DNA from: an uncultured Parachlamydiaceae bacterium
Lineage (GTDB): Bacteria > Chlamydiota > Chlamydiia > Chlamydiales > Parachlamydiaceae
DNA: 64,000 nt
Reading direction: 5' to 3'
Assembly: GCA_963742415.1 (NCBI GenBank)
Contig: CAVULX010000003.1
Coordinates: 416,001-480,000, forward strand
Positions within the stretch are counted from its first letter, which is position 1; the number at the start of each line of letters is the position of its first letter. The notes beneath the pieces are model-generated. The model ran no database searches. It worked only from the letters and a program-made list of their open reading frames with translations, and was not told where the DNA came from. Both the position numbers and the translations under genes were made by a program. Below are positions 49,916-60,176 of this stretch, one piece after another.

Positions 49916-51769
49916 TTGTCCTACATTAGCTCAGACTTAGCCATAGAAAGATTTATACATCCTATTGATTACGTAGATTCCAAATTGGAGGATGTATCGC
50001 GTACTTGGCTTATTTTAGCCACCACTATTACTTTGGTTACCCTTTATATTTTTGTGCAGTTATTGAATAAACCTTGGGGGATCGCACGGCGAGAGCAGAT
50101 TGGAAGAAAGTTGCTTAAAACCCCTTTTATAAGGAAAAGATATGACGCTAAGATTCAAGAAGAGTACGATAAATTTAGAGAATCAGTTAAAAATATACGG
50201 CGCCAATTTGGTCCAATTTATCATTCGATTCCTTGTCAAGGATTGAAAACAGAAGCACTTCTCCAGTTAGTAAGAAAATACAGTGATGTAACATTCAATA
50301 AAGTAAAAGATAAACAACTATCTGGAACTATTTATTCTAAAAGCCTTGTGAAAAAAAATGCGGAAAGTCAGATAAAGCATGAAGAATTTAAATTTGATGA
50401 CTTAGAGGAAATCGGATCAGACTCTGATTATTTTGAGGCTCTTTCAGAAAAGCTTGAGCTCCTATTTTGCGAAGCTTTTAAGCAAGCTTATCTTTGGAAT
50501 TCTTTGCATAGGCATGAATTTGCCATTGGATCCTTTCTTGAGCACCAAGTTGTACAGATGGCTGCCAATATGTTTGGCGCTTCAGTCGAAATAGATGAAG
50601 TGGATAACGTGATGGGCTTTGTTACTTCAGGGGGGACTGAAAGCTTAATGCTAGCCGTTCGGATCTATAGGGAATGGGGGGCTGTAAATAAAGGGCATCA
50701 GCCTGGTGAAAGTGTCATCATTGCTAGTAAATCCGTCCATGCAGCTATTGAGAAGGGTTGTCAAGCCTATCAGGTAAAGCTTGTTCTGTTGGAAACTGCT
50801 GAGGATGGAAAAACGGATGTGGAACTTCTCAAAAAAACCATCAAGCAATATGGGAGTAAAGTTGTAGCTATAATCGGGTCTGCTCCGTCGTATATTGCAG
50901 GGGTGATGGATCCTATTGAAGAGATGGCAGCCGTTGCCTTTGAATATGGGATCGGGTTTCATGTCGATTGCTGTTTGGGCGGCTTCATTGTAAATAATTT
51001 AAAACACCTCAAGACTGATTTTTGCAAAGAGAAAGGGGTGACCAGTCTATCAGCGGATACACACAAAAACGGGCTGGCTCCAAAAGGATCCTCCGTTCTT
51101 TTGACAATGATGCTTGGGGATGAAAATCTAGCAAAGTATGCTATCTATGTTATACCAGGTTGGAGCGGGGGAGTTTATGGAACCCCAAAAGACGCTGGGA
51201 GTCAATCCTGTGTTCCTGCTTTGATGGCTTTTTTGGCTCTCCTTGCAACAGGCCAATCTGGTTATAAACGGCTTGCACAAAGCATATACAAAAGCGCTTG
51301 CGAGGTGGCTGATTTTATCCTTGGCTGTAAAGGTCGATTAAAACTCATCGCCTACCCGCAAGCCAACGTTGTAGCTTTTAAAATAGATCCCCAGTGGGGA
51401 TTGCAGAAGGGGGCTATTTATGCTTTTGCGCATGAGATGGCTCAACATGGTGTCGTTTTAAACGCCATGGCCAAGGAAAAGGTTCATTTTTGCATCACAG
51501 CCCGCTTTTCCGGCGATCCAAACGGATTGCATTTATTTAAACAAGCGGTTAATTCAAGCTTAAAAAATGTTGAAAAGCTTAATGAACAACTCCTTAAAGA
51601 AGGGAAAAAATTCCCTGGAGATGCGGGGATGTATTGCAGTCTTGAAGCTGCTTTGGCGCCGCGAAGAGAGACTCTTTCTTTCGCAAAGTACATTGAAAAT
51701 ATGATGTTAGGGGTCCTAGGTGCCAAGGATGCAATCAGAGCCTACTATTTGGCAGATCTCGCCCCTTGA
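49916..51769 (+). CDS. PLP-dependent enzyme, sphingosine-1-phosphate lyase-like
   Basis: N-terminal TM helix; SGTIY, TSGGTESL, SVHAA, GSAPSY..GVMDPIEE, HVDCCLGGF, SADTHKNGLAPKGSSV, WSGGVYGTP. Confidence 0.82.
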   Translation: MSYISSDLAIERFIHPIDYVDSKLEDVSRTWLILATTITLVTLYIFVQLLNKPWGIARREQIGRKLLKTPFIRKRYDAKIQEEYDKFRESVKNIRRQFGPIYHSIPCQGLKTEALLQLVRKYSDVTFNKVKDKQLSGTIYSKSLVKKNAESQIKHEEFKFDDLEEIGSDSDYFEALSEKLELLFCEAFKQAYLWNSLHRHEFAIGSFLEHQVVQMAANMFGASVEIDEVDNVMGFVTSGGTESLMLAVRIYREWGAVNKGHQPGESVIIASKSVHAAIEKGCQAYQVKLVLLETAEDGKTDVELLKKTIKQYGSKVVAIIGSAPSYIAGVMDPIEEMAAVAFEYGIGFHVDCCLGGFIVNNLKHLKTDFCKEKGVTSLSADTHKNGLAPKGSSVLLTMMLGDENLAKYAIYVIPGWSGGVYGTPKDAGSQSCVPALMAFLALLATGQSGYKRLAQSIYKSACEVADFILGCKGRLKLIAYPQANVVAFKIDPQWGLQKGAIYAFAHEMAQHGVVLNAMAKEKVHFCITARFSGDPNGLHLFKQAVNSSLKNVEKLNEQLLKEGKKFPGDAGMYCSLEAALAPRRETLSFAKYIENMMLGVLGAKDAIRAYYLADLAP

Positions 51770-51899
51770 AAAATGCAATCGTCCATTGCTGGAATCCATA
51801 ATTAGGGACAATAACCAAAATTGTCCCTCTCTCCAATGTCCCTAAGATCGTTTAAGTCCCTATTGTCCCTTTTTCAAATGGTGTCTCTCTGGTCTTTTA

Positions 51900-53459
51900 C
51901 TACAGCCACTCGATGGTGCCAGGGGGTTTGGAGGTGACGTCGTAGACGACCCGATTGATGGCGGGGATTTCATTGACAATGCGGGTGCTTACGCGGCCGA
52001 GCAACTCCATGGGCAAAGGGGAAAATTCTGCGGTCATCCCATCGGAACAAGAGACCGCTCTGAGTGCAATGACATGGCCTTCTGTGCGTTGATCTCCCAT
52101 GACACCAACCGTCTTCACAGGCAAAAAAACAGCGAAGGCTTGCCAGATTTTATCGTAAAATCCCGCCTGTGTGATTTCCTCTAAGTAAATTTCATCTGCG
52201 TGCCGCAAAACATCAAGCCGTTCCTGAGTCACTTCACCTAGAATGCGAATAGCGAGACCCGGCCCAGGAAAAGGGTGACGGTTGACTAGATTTGGAGGGA
52301 TCCCTAATTCCGCGCAGAGGGCTCTCACTTCATCTTTAAAAAGTTTAGCGTTAGGTTCTACTAGAAGCCCTTCCCGCCGTTTTTTTTCAATAATGGGAGG
52401 GGACACATTATGGTGGCTTTTGATGACTGCTGCATGCTGTCCGCACCCTTTGCCGCTTTCAATGAGGTCGGTGTATAGTGTTCCCTGACAATAAAAAAAC
52501 TTTTCACCAGGTTGGCCGATGTGTGAGATCTCATCTTCCAAGATTTTAATAAATAGTTCCCCGATAATATGCCTTTTGGCTTCCGGATTTGTAACCCCTT
52601 CCAATGCCCCAAGGAATTTAGTGGAAGCATCTACAAACAGCACATTTTTCATTCCATGATTTTTGAGAAGCTCTAAAACTTGACGGCTTTCCCCTTTTCT
52701 CATCAGCCCTGTGTCGATGTGAATCGGAAATACCTTATCTGCGCCTAACGCTTTGTAGCACAGAAAAGTAGCCGCTGTTGAATCCACCCCCCCGCTGACG
52801 AGGCTGATCACTTTTCCTTTGCCCACCTGGCGGCAGATCTCATGGAGGATATTTGGGAGATACTGTTTCACTGACCAAGAAGGGGCGCAAGAGCAGATTT
52901 TTAAGAAATTATCTATGATTTTCTTCCCTTTGGGCGTATGGCCGACTTCCGGATGAAATTGCACACCATATTGGGGAAGATCGTGGTGTTGGATAGCGGC
53001 AATGAGATTATCCCGGCTCGTGGCGATGCTATGAAAGCAAGGCGCCAATGTTTCAATGCTATCTCCGTGACTCATCCAAACAGATTCTTGGTTTTCCATT
53101 TCGTAAAACAAGGGACTCTTGGTATTGACCTTGATCGATTGTTTCCCGTATTCCCCCTTGCTTAATTTTTTGACAGAGCCTTGGTTTGCGGCATTTAGAA
53201 GATGCATTCCATAGCAGATTCCAAGCAGGGGGATGGGGCAAGTTAAAATTTTTGGATCAAAAGGAATTTGAGTTTGATAAACGGAGGCAGGACCCCCTGA
53301 GAGGATGATCCCCTTAGGAGCCTCGGCCATTAAATCTTCCATGGAAATGCTTGGAGAACGTATTTCTGAGAACACATTTAATTCCCGGATCCTCCGCGCG
53401 ATGATATGGGTATATTGCGATCCAAAATCTAGGATGATAATTTTATCTAATGTTTGCAT
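51900..53459 (-). CDS. guaA: GMP synthase (glutamine-hydrolysing)
   Basis: LDFGSQY, GICYGM, QFHPEV, SGGVDS, PFPGPGL, YDVTSKPPGTIEW. Confidence 0.97.
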   Translation of the reverse strand: MQTLDKIIILDFGSQYTHIIARRIRELNVFSEIRSPSISMEDLMAEAPKGIILSGGPASVYQTQIPFDPKILTCPIPLLGICYGMHLLNAANQGSVKKLSKGEYGKQSIKVNTKSPLFYEMENQESVWMSHGDSIETLAPCFHSIATSRDNLIAAIQHHDLPQYGVQFHPEVGHTPKGKKIIDNFLKICSCAPSWSVKQYLPNILHEICRQVGKGKVISLVSGGVDSTAATFLCYKALGADKVFPIHIDTGLMRKGESRQVLELLKNHGMKNVLFVDASTKFLGALEGVTNPEAKRHIIGELFIKILEDEISHIGQPGEKFFYCQGTLYTDLIESGKGCGQHAAVIKSHHNVSPPIIEKKRREGLLVEPNAKLFKDEVRALCAELGIPPNLVNRHPFPGPGLAIRILGEVTQERLDVLRHADEIYLEEITQAGFYDKIWQAFAVFLPVKTVGVMGDQRTEGHVIALRAVSCSDGMTAEFSPLPMELLGRVSTRIVNEIPAINRVVYDVTSKPPGTIEWL

Positions 53460-54889
53460 AGTGACTCCAATTGGGTGATCTCATGGCGGCGCAAAGCTTG
53501 AAAACGTTCCACGTCGGAGGTTTCGGAAGGATATTTTCCATTGAGGCAGGCTAAGCAGAGGTCATTAATGCCAATCGAACGTTTTAAATCTTCGATGTCG
53601 TTGTATATGACCTCATCGGCGTCGATAGCTTTGGCTATTTCTTCACAAGTTTTTTCCGAAGCGATGAGTTGCTCTTTGTGGGAAAAATCGATGCCGTAAA
53701 AGCAAGGGTGCTTAACTGGAGGGAAAGTGGAAGCAAAATAGATTTTTTTGGCTCCGGCTCTTTTCACCAATCCGATGGCTTTCTTTGAAACGGTCCCTCT
53801 GATGATGCTATCGTCAACAAGGATGACATTCTTGTTTTGCAAAACATAAGGAATGGCTTCCAACTTATTTAAGGCTGCTTTTTCACGTCCTCCCTGTGTT
53901 GAGGAGAGGAAAGTACGGCCTACATAAGGCTTACGAATAAATCCTTCTTCATAGGGAATATTGAGTTTCCGGGCTAAGCTTATGGCAGCAGGCCGAGCTG
54001 TATCTGGAATCGGGACAACTACATCCGCAGTGAGTTCTTTCTCTTGAAATTTTTTTGCCAGGGCTATCCCCAATTGGGAGCGGATCCGGTAGATCTCTTG
54101 CTCTTCCATCGTTGTATTCATTTTTGCAAAATAGACAAATTCGAAGCTGCAGTGGAAATGGTCGCTTTTGATCAGATGCTGCCGATACACTTTATGGTTG
54201 TGATCAATAAAGACCACTTCACCTGGTTCGATCACTTCTATGTTTTGAAAGTTGAGAAATGAGAGAGCTTCCGTTTCTGAAGCAAAGGCATGGGATTTGG
54301 TTTGGGGTTGGATGCCATAGAGCAAAGGTCTAATCCCCTGAGGATCTCTGAATGCGACCAACCCCAGACCGGGAATCATGCCGATGACTGAATAGGCTCC
54401 TGACGTTTGCTTATAAACTTTCATGGTTGCGGCGCAAATGTTGTCGAAGGTGATCTTCTTTTTTGGCAAGTTTTGGGCGAAAAGGTGGAGGAGGACTTCG
54501 ATATCGCAGGAGGTTTGGATGAGGACCTGCTTGCTTTGGAGTTCATTTTTCAAGCTGACATAGTTGACGATGTTTCCGTTGTGGGCCATGGCGACAATGC
54601 GCCCTTCTTCGTCCGTATATTGAGGTTGAGTGTCTTCGAGTGAATTATTTCCTATAGTTGCATAACGTATATGGCCAATTCCCCAGAGGGCCTCGCTGCA
54701 TAGGGGGTTATGAGTTCCAAAGACATCGTGGACTAATCCAAGATTTTTTTTTAACTCATATTTATCTTTTCTTGGATCATATGTAAACACACCGGCAGCA
54801 TTCTGACCCCGGTGTTGAAGCCGCAGTAACCCTTGGTAAAGAGCATCATGAATGGGTTGATTGCTAACAATGCCAAAAATGCCACACAT
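53447..54889 (-). CDS. purF: Amidophosphoribosyltransferase
   Basis: N-terminal MCGIFG, LQHRGQ, HNGN, VDDSIIRG, Fe-S CLAC motif. Confidence 0.96.
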   Translation of the reverse strand: MCGIFGIVSNQPIHDALYQGLLRLQHRGQNAAGVFTYDPRKDKYELKKNLGLVHDVFGTHNPLCSEALWGIGHIRYATIGNNSLEDTQPQYTDEEGRIVAMAHNGNIVNYVSLKNELQSKQVLIQTSCDIEVLLHLFAQNLPKKKITFDNICAATMKVYKQTSGAYSVIGMIPGLGLVAFRDPQGIRPLLYGIQPQTKSHAFASETEALSFLNFQNIEVIEPGEVVFIDHNHKVYRQHLIKSDHFHCSFEFVYFAKMNTTMEEQEIYRIRSQLGIALAKKFQEKELTADVVVPIPDTARPAAISLARKLNIPYEEGFIRKPYVGRTFLSSTQGGREKAALNKLEAIPYVLQNKNVILVDDSIIRGTVSKKAIGLVKRAGAKKIYFASTFPPVKHPCFYGIDFSHKEQLIASEKTCEEIAKAIDADEVIYNDIEDLKRSIGINDLCLACLNGKYPSETSDVERFQALRRHEITQLESLCKH

Positions 54890-54909
54890 CTTTACACTCT
54901 CCTCTTACG

Positions 54910-55713
54910 TTAATTTATGACTTCCATATCGTACCCTTTGTCAGATTGTTTAGTTCCGTCGATGTAAATAATGTTTTTTTGATCGATGCCTATGCGTCCT
55001 TGTGAGATGAGGGTGATGGCACGCAAGCAGGCAGGCCCATCGCTTAACAGTTTTTGTTTCTCTTGGTGGATATTAGCCAATTCAGCCGTTACAGGACGGG
55101 GCTCGACATAGCTCACTTTAGGCCCTGAAACTAAGACCGGGCCCCCGTCAATTTCCTCGTTGACGAGAATAATGTTAGAACGGGTGAAAGATTCTCCTGC
55201 CAACAAAGCCTCATACACAGCATTTAAGCCCGTATAGGCCCGATTTCCTTGCAAATTTAGAACAGACAGATCTGCAGGATGAATATTGAGAACTTTATTG
55301 GGAAATGTGTTTAGCAATGCTTTTGACAACAACTGCATGTAGCCGGCCAAGAGGATCATATCGACCGTAAAGCGGTATTTTTTCGAACATTCTTGGAGAA
55401 GTTCAACAATTTCCTGGTCATACTGAAGACGAGCGTCTTGAGCTGTCATTCGGCTGATTTCTTCCCTTCTTGAAAAATTCACAAAGGAGTGGTAAATGAC
55501 AGGAATTCCCTCACGCTCCCCGATTTCTTGAAATCGACATTTCTTATTGACGAACAAGGCTTTAATTCGGAAGGGAGGGGAAGGGGATTTTTTTTGCGCC
55601 TCTAAAAGAAATTCCAAATTTACCCCTTTTCCGGAGCCCATGACAACGACATTCATCTCTTTTTTCGGAATCGGTTGATAAAGGAGAGAGATCGGTGTCT
55701 TCTTTGGAATCAT
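54910..55713 (-). CDS. purN: Phosphoribosylglycinamide formyltransferase
   Basis: SGKGVN, LAGYM, LNIHPADL, DGGP motifs; operon context. Confidence 0.85.
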   Translation of the reverse strand: MIPKKTPISLLYQPIPKKEMNVVVMGSGKGVNLEFLLEAQKKSPSPPFRIKALFVNKKCRFQEIGEREGIPVIYHSFVNFSRREEISRMTAQDARLQYDQEIVELLQECSKKYRFTVDMILLAGYMQLLSKALLNTFPNKVLNIHPADLSVLNLQGNRAYTGLNAVYEALLAGESFTRSNIILVNEEIDGGPVLVSGPKVSYVEPRPVTAELANIHQEKQKLLSDGPACLRAITLISQGRIGIDQKNIIYIDGTKQSDKGYDMEVIN

Positions 55714-57008
55714 TAAACTTTGACCTCCAGGTTTTTTAAGGCTTGATATGCGATGTCCCTCCTGTAATAGGAATTTTCAAATTCAATCTCGTTGACACCA
55801 TCATAAGCTGCAGAGACCGCCTCTTCTAACGAAGCTCCCCATCCTGTAATTCCCAAAACACGCCCTCCTGATGTGACCAGACGCCCTTTTGCATCTTGAG
55901 AGGTCCCGGCATGAAAAGCGGTGCAGTTTGGATGCTTATTTAACTTATCTAACCCTTTAATCTCATATCCCGTTTGAAAATGTTCTGGATAACCTCCAGA
56001 AACCATTACCACGCAGCAGGAAGCTTTCTTGGCCCAATGGATGTTCTCTTCCTTTAATTTTCCGTGGATGCAAGCGCGCATAATTTCGGCAAGATCACTT
56101 TGCAAAAGGGGCAGCACAGCTTGTGCTTCCGGATCCCCAAAGCGACCGTTATATTCAAGAACTTTTGGACCTGAAGCTGTTATCATTAATCCAAAATAGA
56201 TCACACCCTTGTACTCAATTCCCTCTTTGATCAGCCCCGCTTGAGTCGGCTCGATGATTTCCTCTCTGATTTGCTGCAGCAGTTCGGGGCCGGCCAAAGG
56301 AACTGGAGAGTAGGCTCCGATCCCTCCAGTGTTGGGCCCGGAGTCTCCCTCATAAAGCCGTTTATGATCTTGTGAAGGGATCATTGGGATTATCTTTTTT
56401 CCATCTGCGAAAGCCAAAATTGAAAGCTCAAAACCCTCTAGTTTTTCCTCTACGACAATTTCTTTACCGGCTGAACCGTAGCGCAAATCTCCCATCACTG
56501 TTTGAATGGCTTTAAAGGCCTCCTGGGGGGAACGGCAAACAAGGACCCCTTTTCCCCCAGTTAGGCCGGAGCATTTGATGACAACGCCATTCCATTTGGA
56601 AAAATAATCTTGAACAGCCTTTTCGGCTTCTTGGATAGAGCGGCAACTTACATGACGGGCAGTGGGAATGTGGTGATTGACCATAAATTTTTTGGACGCA
56701 ACTTTATTGCTTTCAAGTTGCACAGCCTTTTGTGTAGGGCCGAACAGAGGCTGCCCTTGAGCTGCAAAAGCATCTGCAATGCCATCGGCAAGCAATTGTT
56801 CAGGACCCACTACGGTCATGTCTATTTTTTGAGACGCGGCAAACTGGCTGAGTGCCGCAAAGTCTTTCAGATTTAATTCCGGAGAAGGGAGGCAAATTTC
56901 TTGCGTACCCCCATTTCCAGGAAAACAAAAAACTTGATGCCCTTGCTGCTTGAATTTGTGAGCGAGGGCATGCTCTCGACCACCATTTCCTAAAACTAAA
57001 ATTTTCAT
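55713..57008 (-). CDS. purD: Phosphoribosylamine--glycine ligase
   Basis: GNGGREHAL, QDHKRL..GDSGPNTGGIG, EYNGRFGDPE, TSGGRVL. Confidence 0.97.
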   Translation of the reverse strand: MKILVLGNGGREHALAHKFKQQGHQVFCFPGNGGTQEICLPSPELNLKDFAALSQFAASQKIDMTVVGPEQLLADGIADAFAAQGQPLFGPTQKAVQLESNKVASKKFMVNHHIPTARHVSCRSIQEAEKAVQDYFSKWNGVVIKCSGLTGGKGVLVCRSPQEAFKAIQTVMGDLRYGSAGKEIVVEEKLEGFELSILAFADGKKIIPMIPSQDHKRLYEGDSGPNTGGIGAYSPVPLAGPELLQQIREEIIEPTQAGLIKEGIEYKGVIYFGLMITASGPKVLEYNGRFGDPEAQAVLPLLQSDLAEIMRACIHGKLKEENIHWAKKASCCVVMVSGGYPEHFQTGYEIKGLDKLNKHPNCTAFHAGTSQDAKGRLVTSGGRVLGITGWGASLEEAVSAAYDGVNEIEFENSYYRRDIAYQALKNLEVKV

Positions 57009-58336
57009 AGCGGCGCTTCGGTTATTTTAAGGATTTTGGCTGCTGCCAAAGCTGCATTTTGGGGGTCAATGATCGTCATGGAAGGAATTTGGCTAGGCAA
57101 TTGCAGCGAGGAGTGGATGTTCGTCAGATAATCGCTGTAGTCTTTAAAGGGTGGACAAGCGATCACAGGCCATTTAAGATGGGCCGCTACCACAGCCGAT
57201 AGGGCATTGCTTTTTCCTGCCACAGTGATGCATACAAGAGGTTCGATTGATTGATTGTACTGCGCAATGAGATTGGCTACTTTTTCTGGGTGCTTATGGG
57301 CTGAGGCCACACAAAATTTAAAAGGGATCCCCTGCTCTTGAAGAGTTTCTGTAATTTTGTCCACATGGGGTTGATCTTTTTCGCTGCCGCTGATAAGCAA
57401 AGCAAATTTTCCTTTGATCATTTGGGCTTTTTTTAAATTAGATAACAACCGTTTAGAGGAAGCCTCGTTATCCTCCGGCAAGGGAAGCCCTGTAATTAAC
57501 TGATAAATTTGACGATAACTATTGCGGGCCTCTTCTCGAACCTGCGGCGATAAGGAAGGGGCTGATCCTGTGCCTGTAAACCCTTGTTTCCTCATCCATT
57601 CCCGAATCATTTCCTTGTCGGGGTACTTCACTTCTTTAGTCTCATAATCTTTCTGAAACCAAAAGCGGGAGGAATCGGGAGTATGGATTTCGTCGATTAA
57701 AATTAATTGATTTTCGGCGTCCAATCCAAATTCATATTTCGTATCAACTAAGATCAACCCCTTTTGCCGAGCAATTTCCTGCCCTCGCTGATAGAGTTTT
57801 AAGGCCGTTTTTTCTATTTGATTCCAAAGCTTTTCGGAGACAATGCCTTGGGCGATAATCTCCTCTTTGGTAATGTCTTCATCGTGTCCTGAAACACTTT
57901 TTGTTGTAGGCGTAACTATAGGGGTGGAAAGGGGTTCATTAAGTTTCAAACCTTCGGGTAAAGAGACGCCGCATTTTTTTCGTTTTCCTGCTTGGTAATC
58001 TCTAGCTAATGAGCCTGCCAAGTAACCCCGCACAATCACTTCGATCATGATAGGCTGACATTTTTTGACGAGAAGCACATTGGGGTCGGGGTGTGCAACC
58101 ACATGGTTAGGAATAATATCTTTCGTTTTTTCAAACCAAAAGTGGGACAACATCGTCAACACTTTGCCCTTATCTTCGATGGGCTCTGCTAAAACGCAAT
58201 CGAAAACGGAAACACGATCGCTTGAAATAAGAGTGAGCAAATTGTCTTGTTCGTAGATTTCGCGCACTTTTCCGCTGCGAGGAATCCCGAGTTCAGGAAT
58301 AAAAACATGTTTCAGTGTATTACTTTCTTTTTTCAT
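57005..58336 (-). CDS. purC: Bifunctional SAICAR synthetase (PurC) / AIR carboxylase (PurE, class II-like)
   Basis: GKVREIY, DRVSVFD, LVDTKYEFG, DEIHTPDSSRFW (PurC), then GSEKD, VASAHK, VAGKSNAL, PVIACPP (PurE). Confidence 0.9.
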   Translation of the reverse strand: MKKESNTLKHVFIPELGIPRSGKVREIYEQDNLLTLISSDRVSVFDCVLAEPIEDKGKVLTMLSHFWFEKTKDIIPNHVVAHPDPNVLLVKKCQPIMIEVIVRGYLAGSLARDYQAGKRKKCGVSLPEGLKLNEPLSTPIVTPTTKSVSGHDEDITKEEIIAQGIVSEKLWNQIEKTALKLYQRGQEIARQKGLILVDTKYEFGLDAENQLILIDEIHTPDSSRFWFQKDYETKEVKYPDKEMIREWMRKQGFTGTGSAPSLSPQVREEARNSYRQIYQLITGLPLPEDNEASSKRLLSNLKKAQMIKGKFALLISGSEKDQPHVDKITETLQEQGIPFKFCVASAHKHPEKVANLIAQYNQSIEPLVCITVAGKSNALSAVVAAHLKWPVIACPPFKDYSDYLTNIHSSLQLPSQIPSMTIIDPQNAALAAAKILKITEAPL

Positions 58337-58394
58337 GAACGCTCCTTATTGCTAGTAATTAACGTAAGTTGCAAATAATAAAATTTATTGTCTT

Positions 58395-58459
58395 TCTGTG
58401 TTCTCTGTGATCTCTGTGGTTGAATTTTAATAAACCACAGAGATCACAGAGAACACAGA
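58395..58459. repeat. Intergenic hairpin of 9-bp CACAGAG units
   Basis: TCTGTGTTCTCTGTGATCTCTGTGGTT / AACCACAGAGATCACAGAGAACACAGA, perfect 27-bp arms. Confidence 0.8.
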
Positions 58460-58505
58460 GGTTTTTTAAACTTGATTACACTCAGTAATTTTCAACTTAC
58501 ATTAA

Positions 58506-60176
58506 TTAATGATAAAAATACCTTTCTCCAGTAAAAATCATGCACATATTGAGTTCATCAGCCGCATTGATAATTTCTTGATCACGCATTCCGCCCCCTG
58601 GCTGGATAACGGATTGAATCCCCTGCGAAGCTGCATAACGGATGCTGTCGTCGAAAGGAAAGAACCCATCGCTGGCAAGGATACAATGTTTTAGATCCTT
58701 TATAGGATCATAATGGGGATCGTCATGGTGTTCTTGACGCAAGTTTTCGATCGCTTTCGGCAGGGCCAATCGTTGCAAGCTGTCTATCCGGTTTGGCTGC
58801 CCAACTCCCATTCCGAGCAATTGATAAAATCCCGGTTCGTATTCCCTGACGATGGCAATGGTATTTGATTTGGCAAATTGAACTGCTGAAATTGCGAAAT
58901 CCCATAATTTTTTTTGATTCGTTTGAGGCTGCTGCTTGGTGACGACTCCTAGCTTCGTTTTAGAAGAGGCGCTGCTGCTGCAGGGTTGAAATAACGAGTC
59001 CAGCGGAGGATGAAATTTCCGGTCTTTCTTTGTTTGAACGAGCATTCCACCGCTGATGCTTTTGTAAATTAAATCTTCAGATGGTTCAAAGCTAGTTTTG
59101 AGAAGCCTCAAGTTTGGCTTGGATGATTTGCTCCATTCAATAAACTGATGATCGAATTCCGGAGCCACGATCACTTCCACAAATTTATCTTTAAGAACAG
59201 GGATTAAATCGGAAGAGACTTTGGCGTTAAAGGCGATGACGCTACCAAAGGCGGATTTGGCATCGCACTCCCAAGCCTTTTCAAAAGCTCTTGTAGAGGT
59301 TTTTCCCGTCGCATAAGCGCACAAACTTCCATGTTTGACGATAGCGACGCCTGGATGTGCACCGATCATATTGAGCTCTTGAGCGGCATAATAAGCGAGC
59401 GTCCCATCTTCGTAGTTATTAAAAGAAAGTTCTTTTCCCGATAACATTTCAGCGTGGGCAATACCCGTTTGACCCTCGAACTGATAAACCCATCCCTGTT
59501 GGCTAGGATTTTCCCCGTAACGCAATTTCTTCCCTTGAGCAAGCTGAAGATTATGGGTCTCTTGATCTTCTCCCAATTTCACAAATTCTTTGGCCAGAGT
59601 CGCTTCGTAATCGGCGCTGACTTTCATCGCTTTTGCTGCCAGCCTTTGCCTCGTTTTTAAAGATAGGGCCCCCTTGTTTTCTGTTAATTCATGCAAGAGG
59701 GTTGGATAATCTTTTGAGTCTACAACAACAGCCACAGCTGCATAATTTTTGCTTGCGCTCCGGATTAAAGTTGATCCCCCAATGTCCATCGATTCGATCA
59801 GTTCATCCATATTGGGGCGTGGCTGCTTTTTCAATGCTCCCTTGAAGTCGTACAAATTGCAGACGACAAGGTCGATCGAGGGGATGTCCAGCTGCTTGGA
59901 TTCCTTTTCATCCAGGTTCCTGCGGAAAAGAATTCCCCCCATGATCCTGGGGTGGAGCGTCTTGACCCTATCTCCAAAACAGGCAGGAAAGTTTGTATAT
60001 TTATGTAACGGGGTATAAGGAATCCCATGGTCGGCAAGGGTTTTGGCTGTTCCCCCCGAGGCTATAATTTTGATGCGGGGATTAAGCTTCAGGAGGTTTT
60101 GCGCCAATTCACGGAGCCCGGTTTTATCCGTGACGCTAAATAAAGCCGTTTGGATTGGAATTTGTTCTGAACTCAT
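58506..60176 (-). CDS. purH: Bifunctional AICAR transformylase/IMP cyclohydrolase
   Basis: SVTDKTG, RVKTLHP, DIGGSTL, LRYGENPSQ, ASDGFFPFDD, IQPGG. Confidence 0.96.
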   Translation of the reverse strand: MSSEQIPIQTALFSVTDKTGLRELAQNLLKLNPRIKIIASGGTAKTLADHGIPYTPLHKYTNFPACFGDRVKTLHPRIMGGILFRRNLDEKESKQLDIPSIDLVVCNLYDFKGALKKQPRPNMDELIESMDIGGSTLIRSASKNYAAVAVVVDSKDYPTLLHELTENKGALSLKTRQRLAAKAMKVSADYEATLAKEFVKLGEDQETHNLQLAQGKKLRYGENPSQQGWVYQFEGQTGIAHAEMLSGKELSFNNYEDGTLAYYAAQELNMIGAHPGVAIVKHGSLCAYATGKTSTRAFEKAWECDAKSAFGSVIAFNAKVSSDLIPVLKDKFVEVIVAPEFDHQFIEWSKSSKPNLRLLKTSFEPSEDLIYKSISGGMLVQTKKDRKFHPPLDSLFQPCSSSASSKTKLGVVTKQQPQTNQKKLWDFAISAVQFAKSNTIAIVREYEPGFYQLLGMGVGQPNRIDSLQRLALPKAIENLRQEHHDDPHYDPIKDLKHCILASDGFFPFDDSIRYAASQGIQSVIQPGGGMRDQEIINAADELNMCMIFTGERYFYH

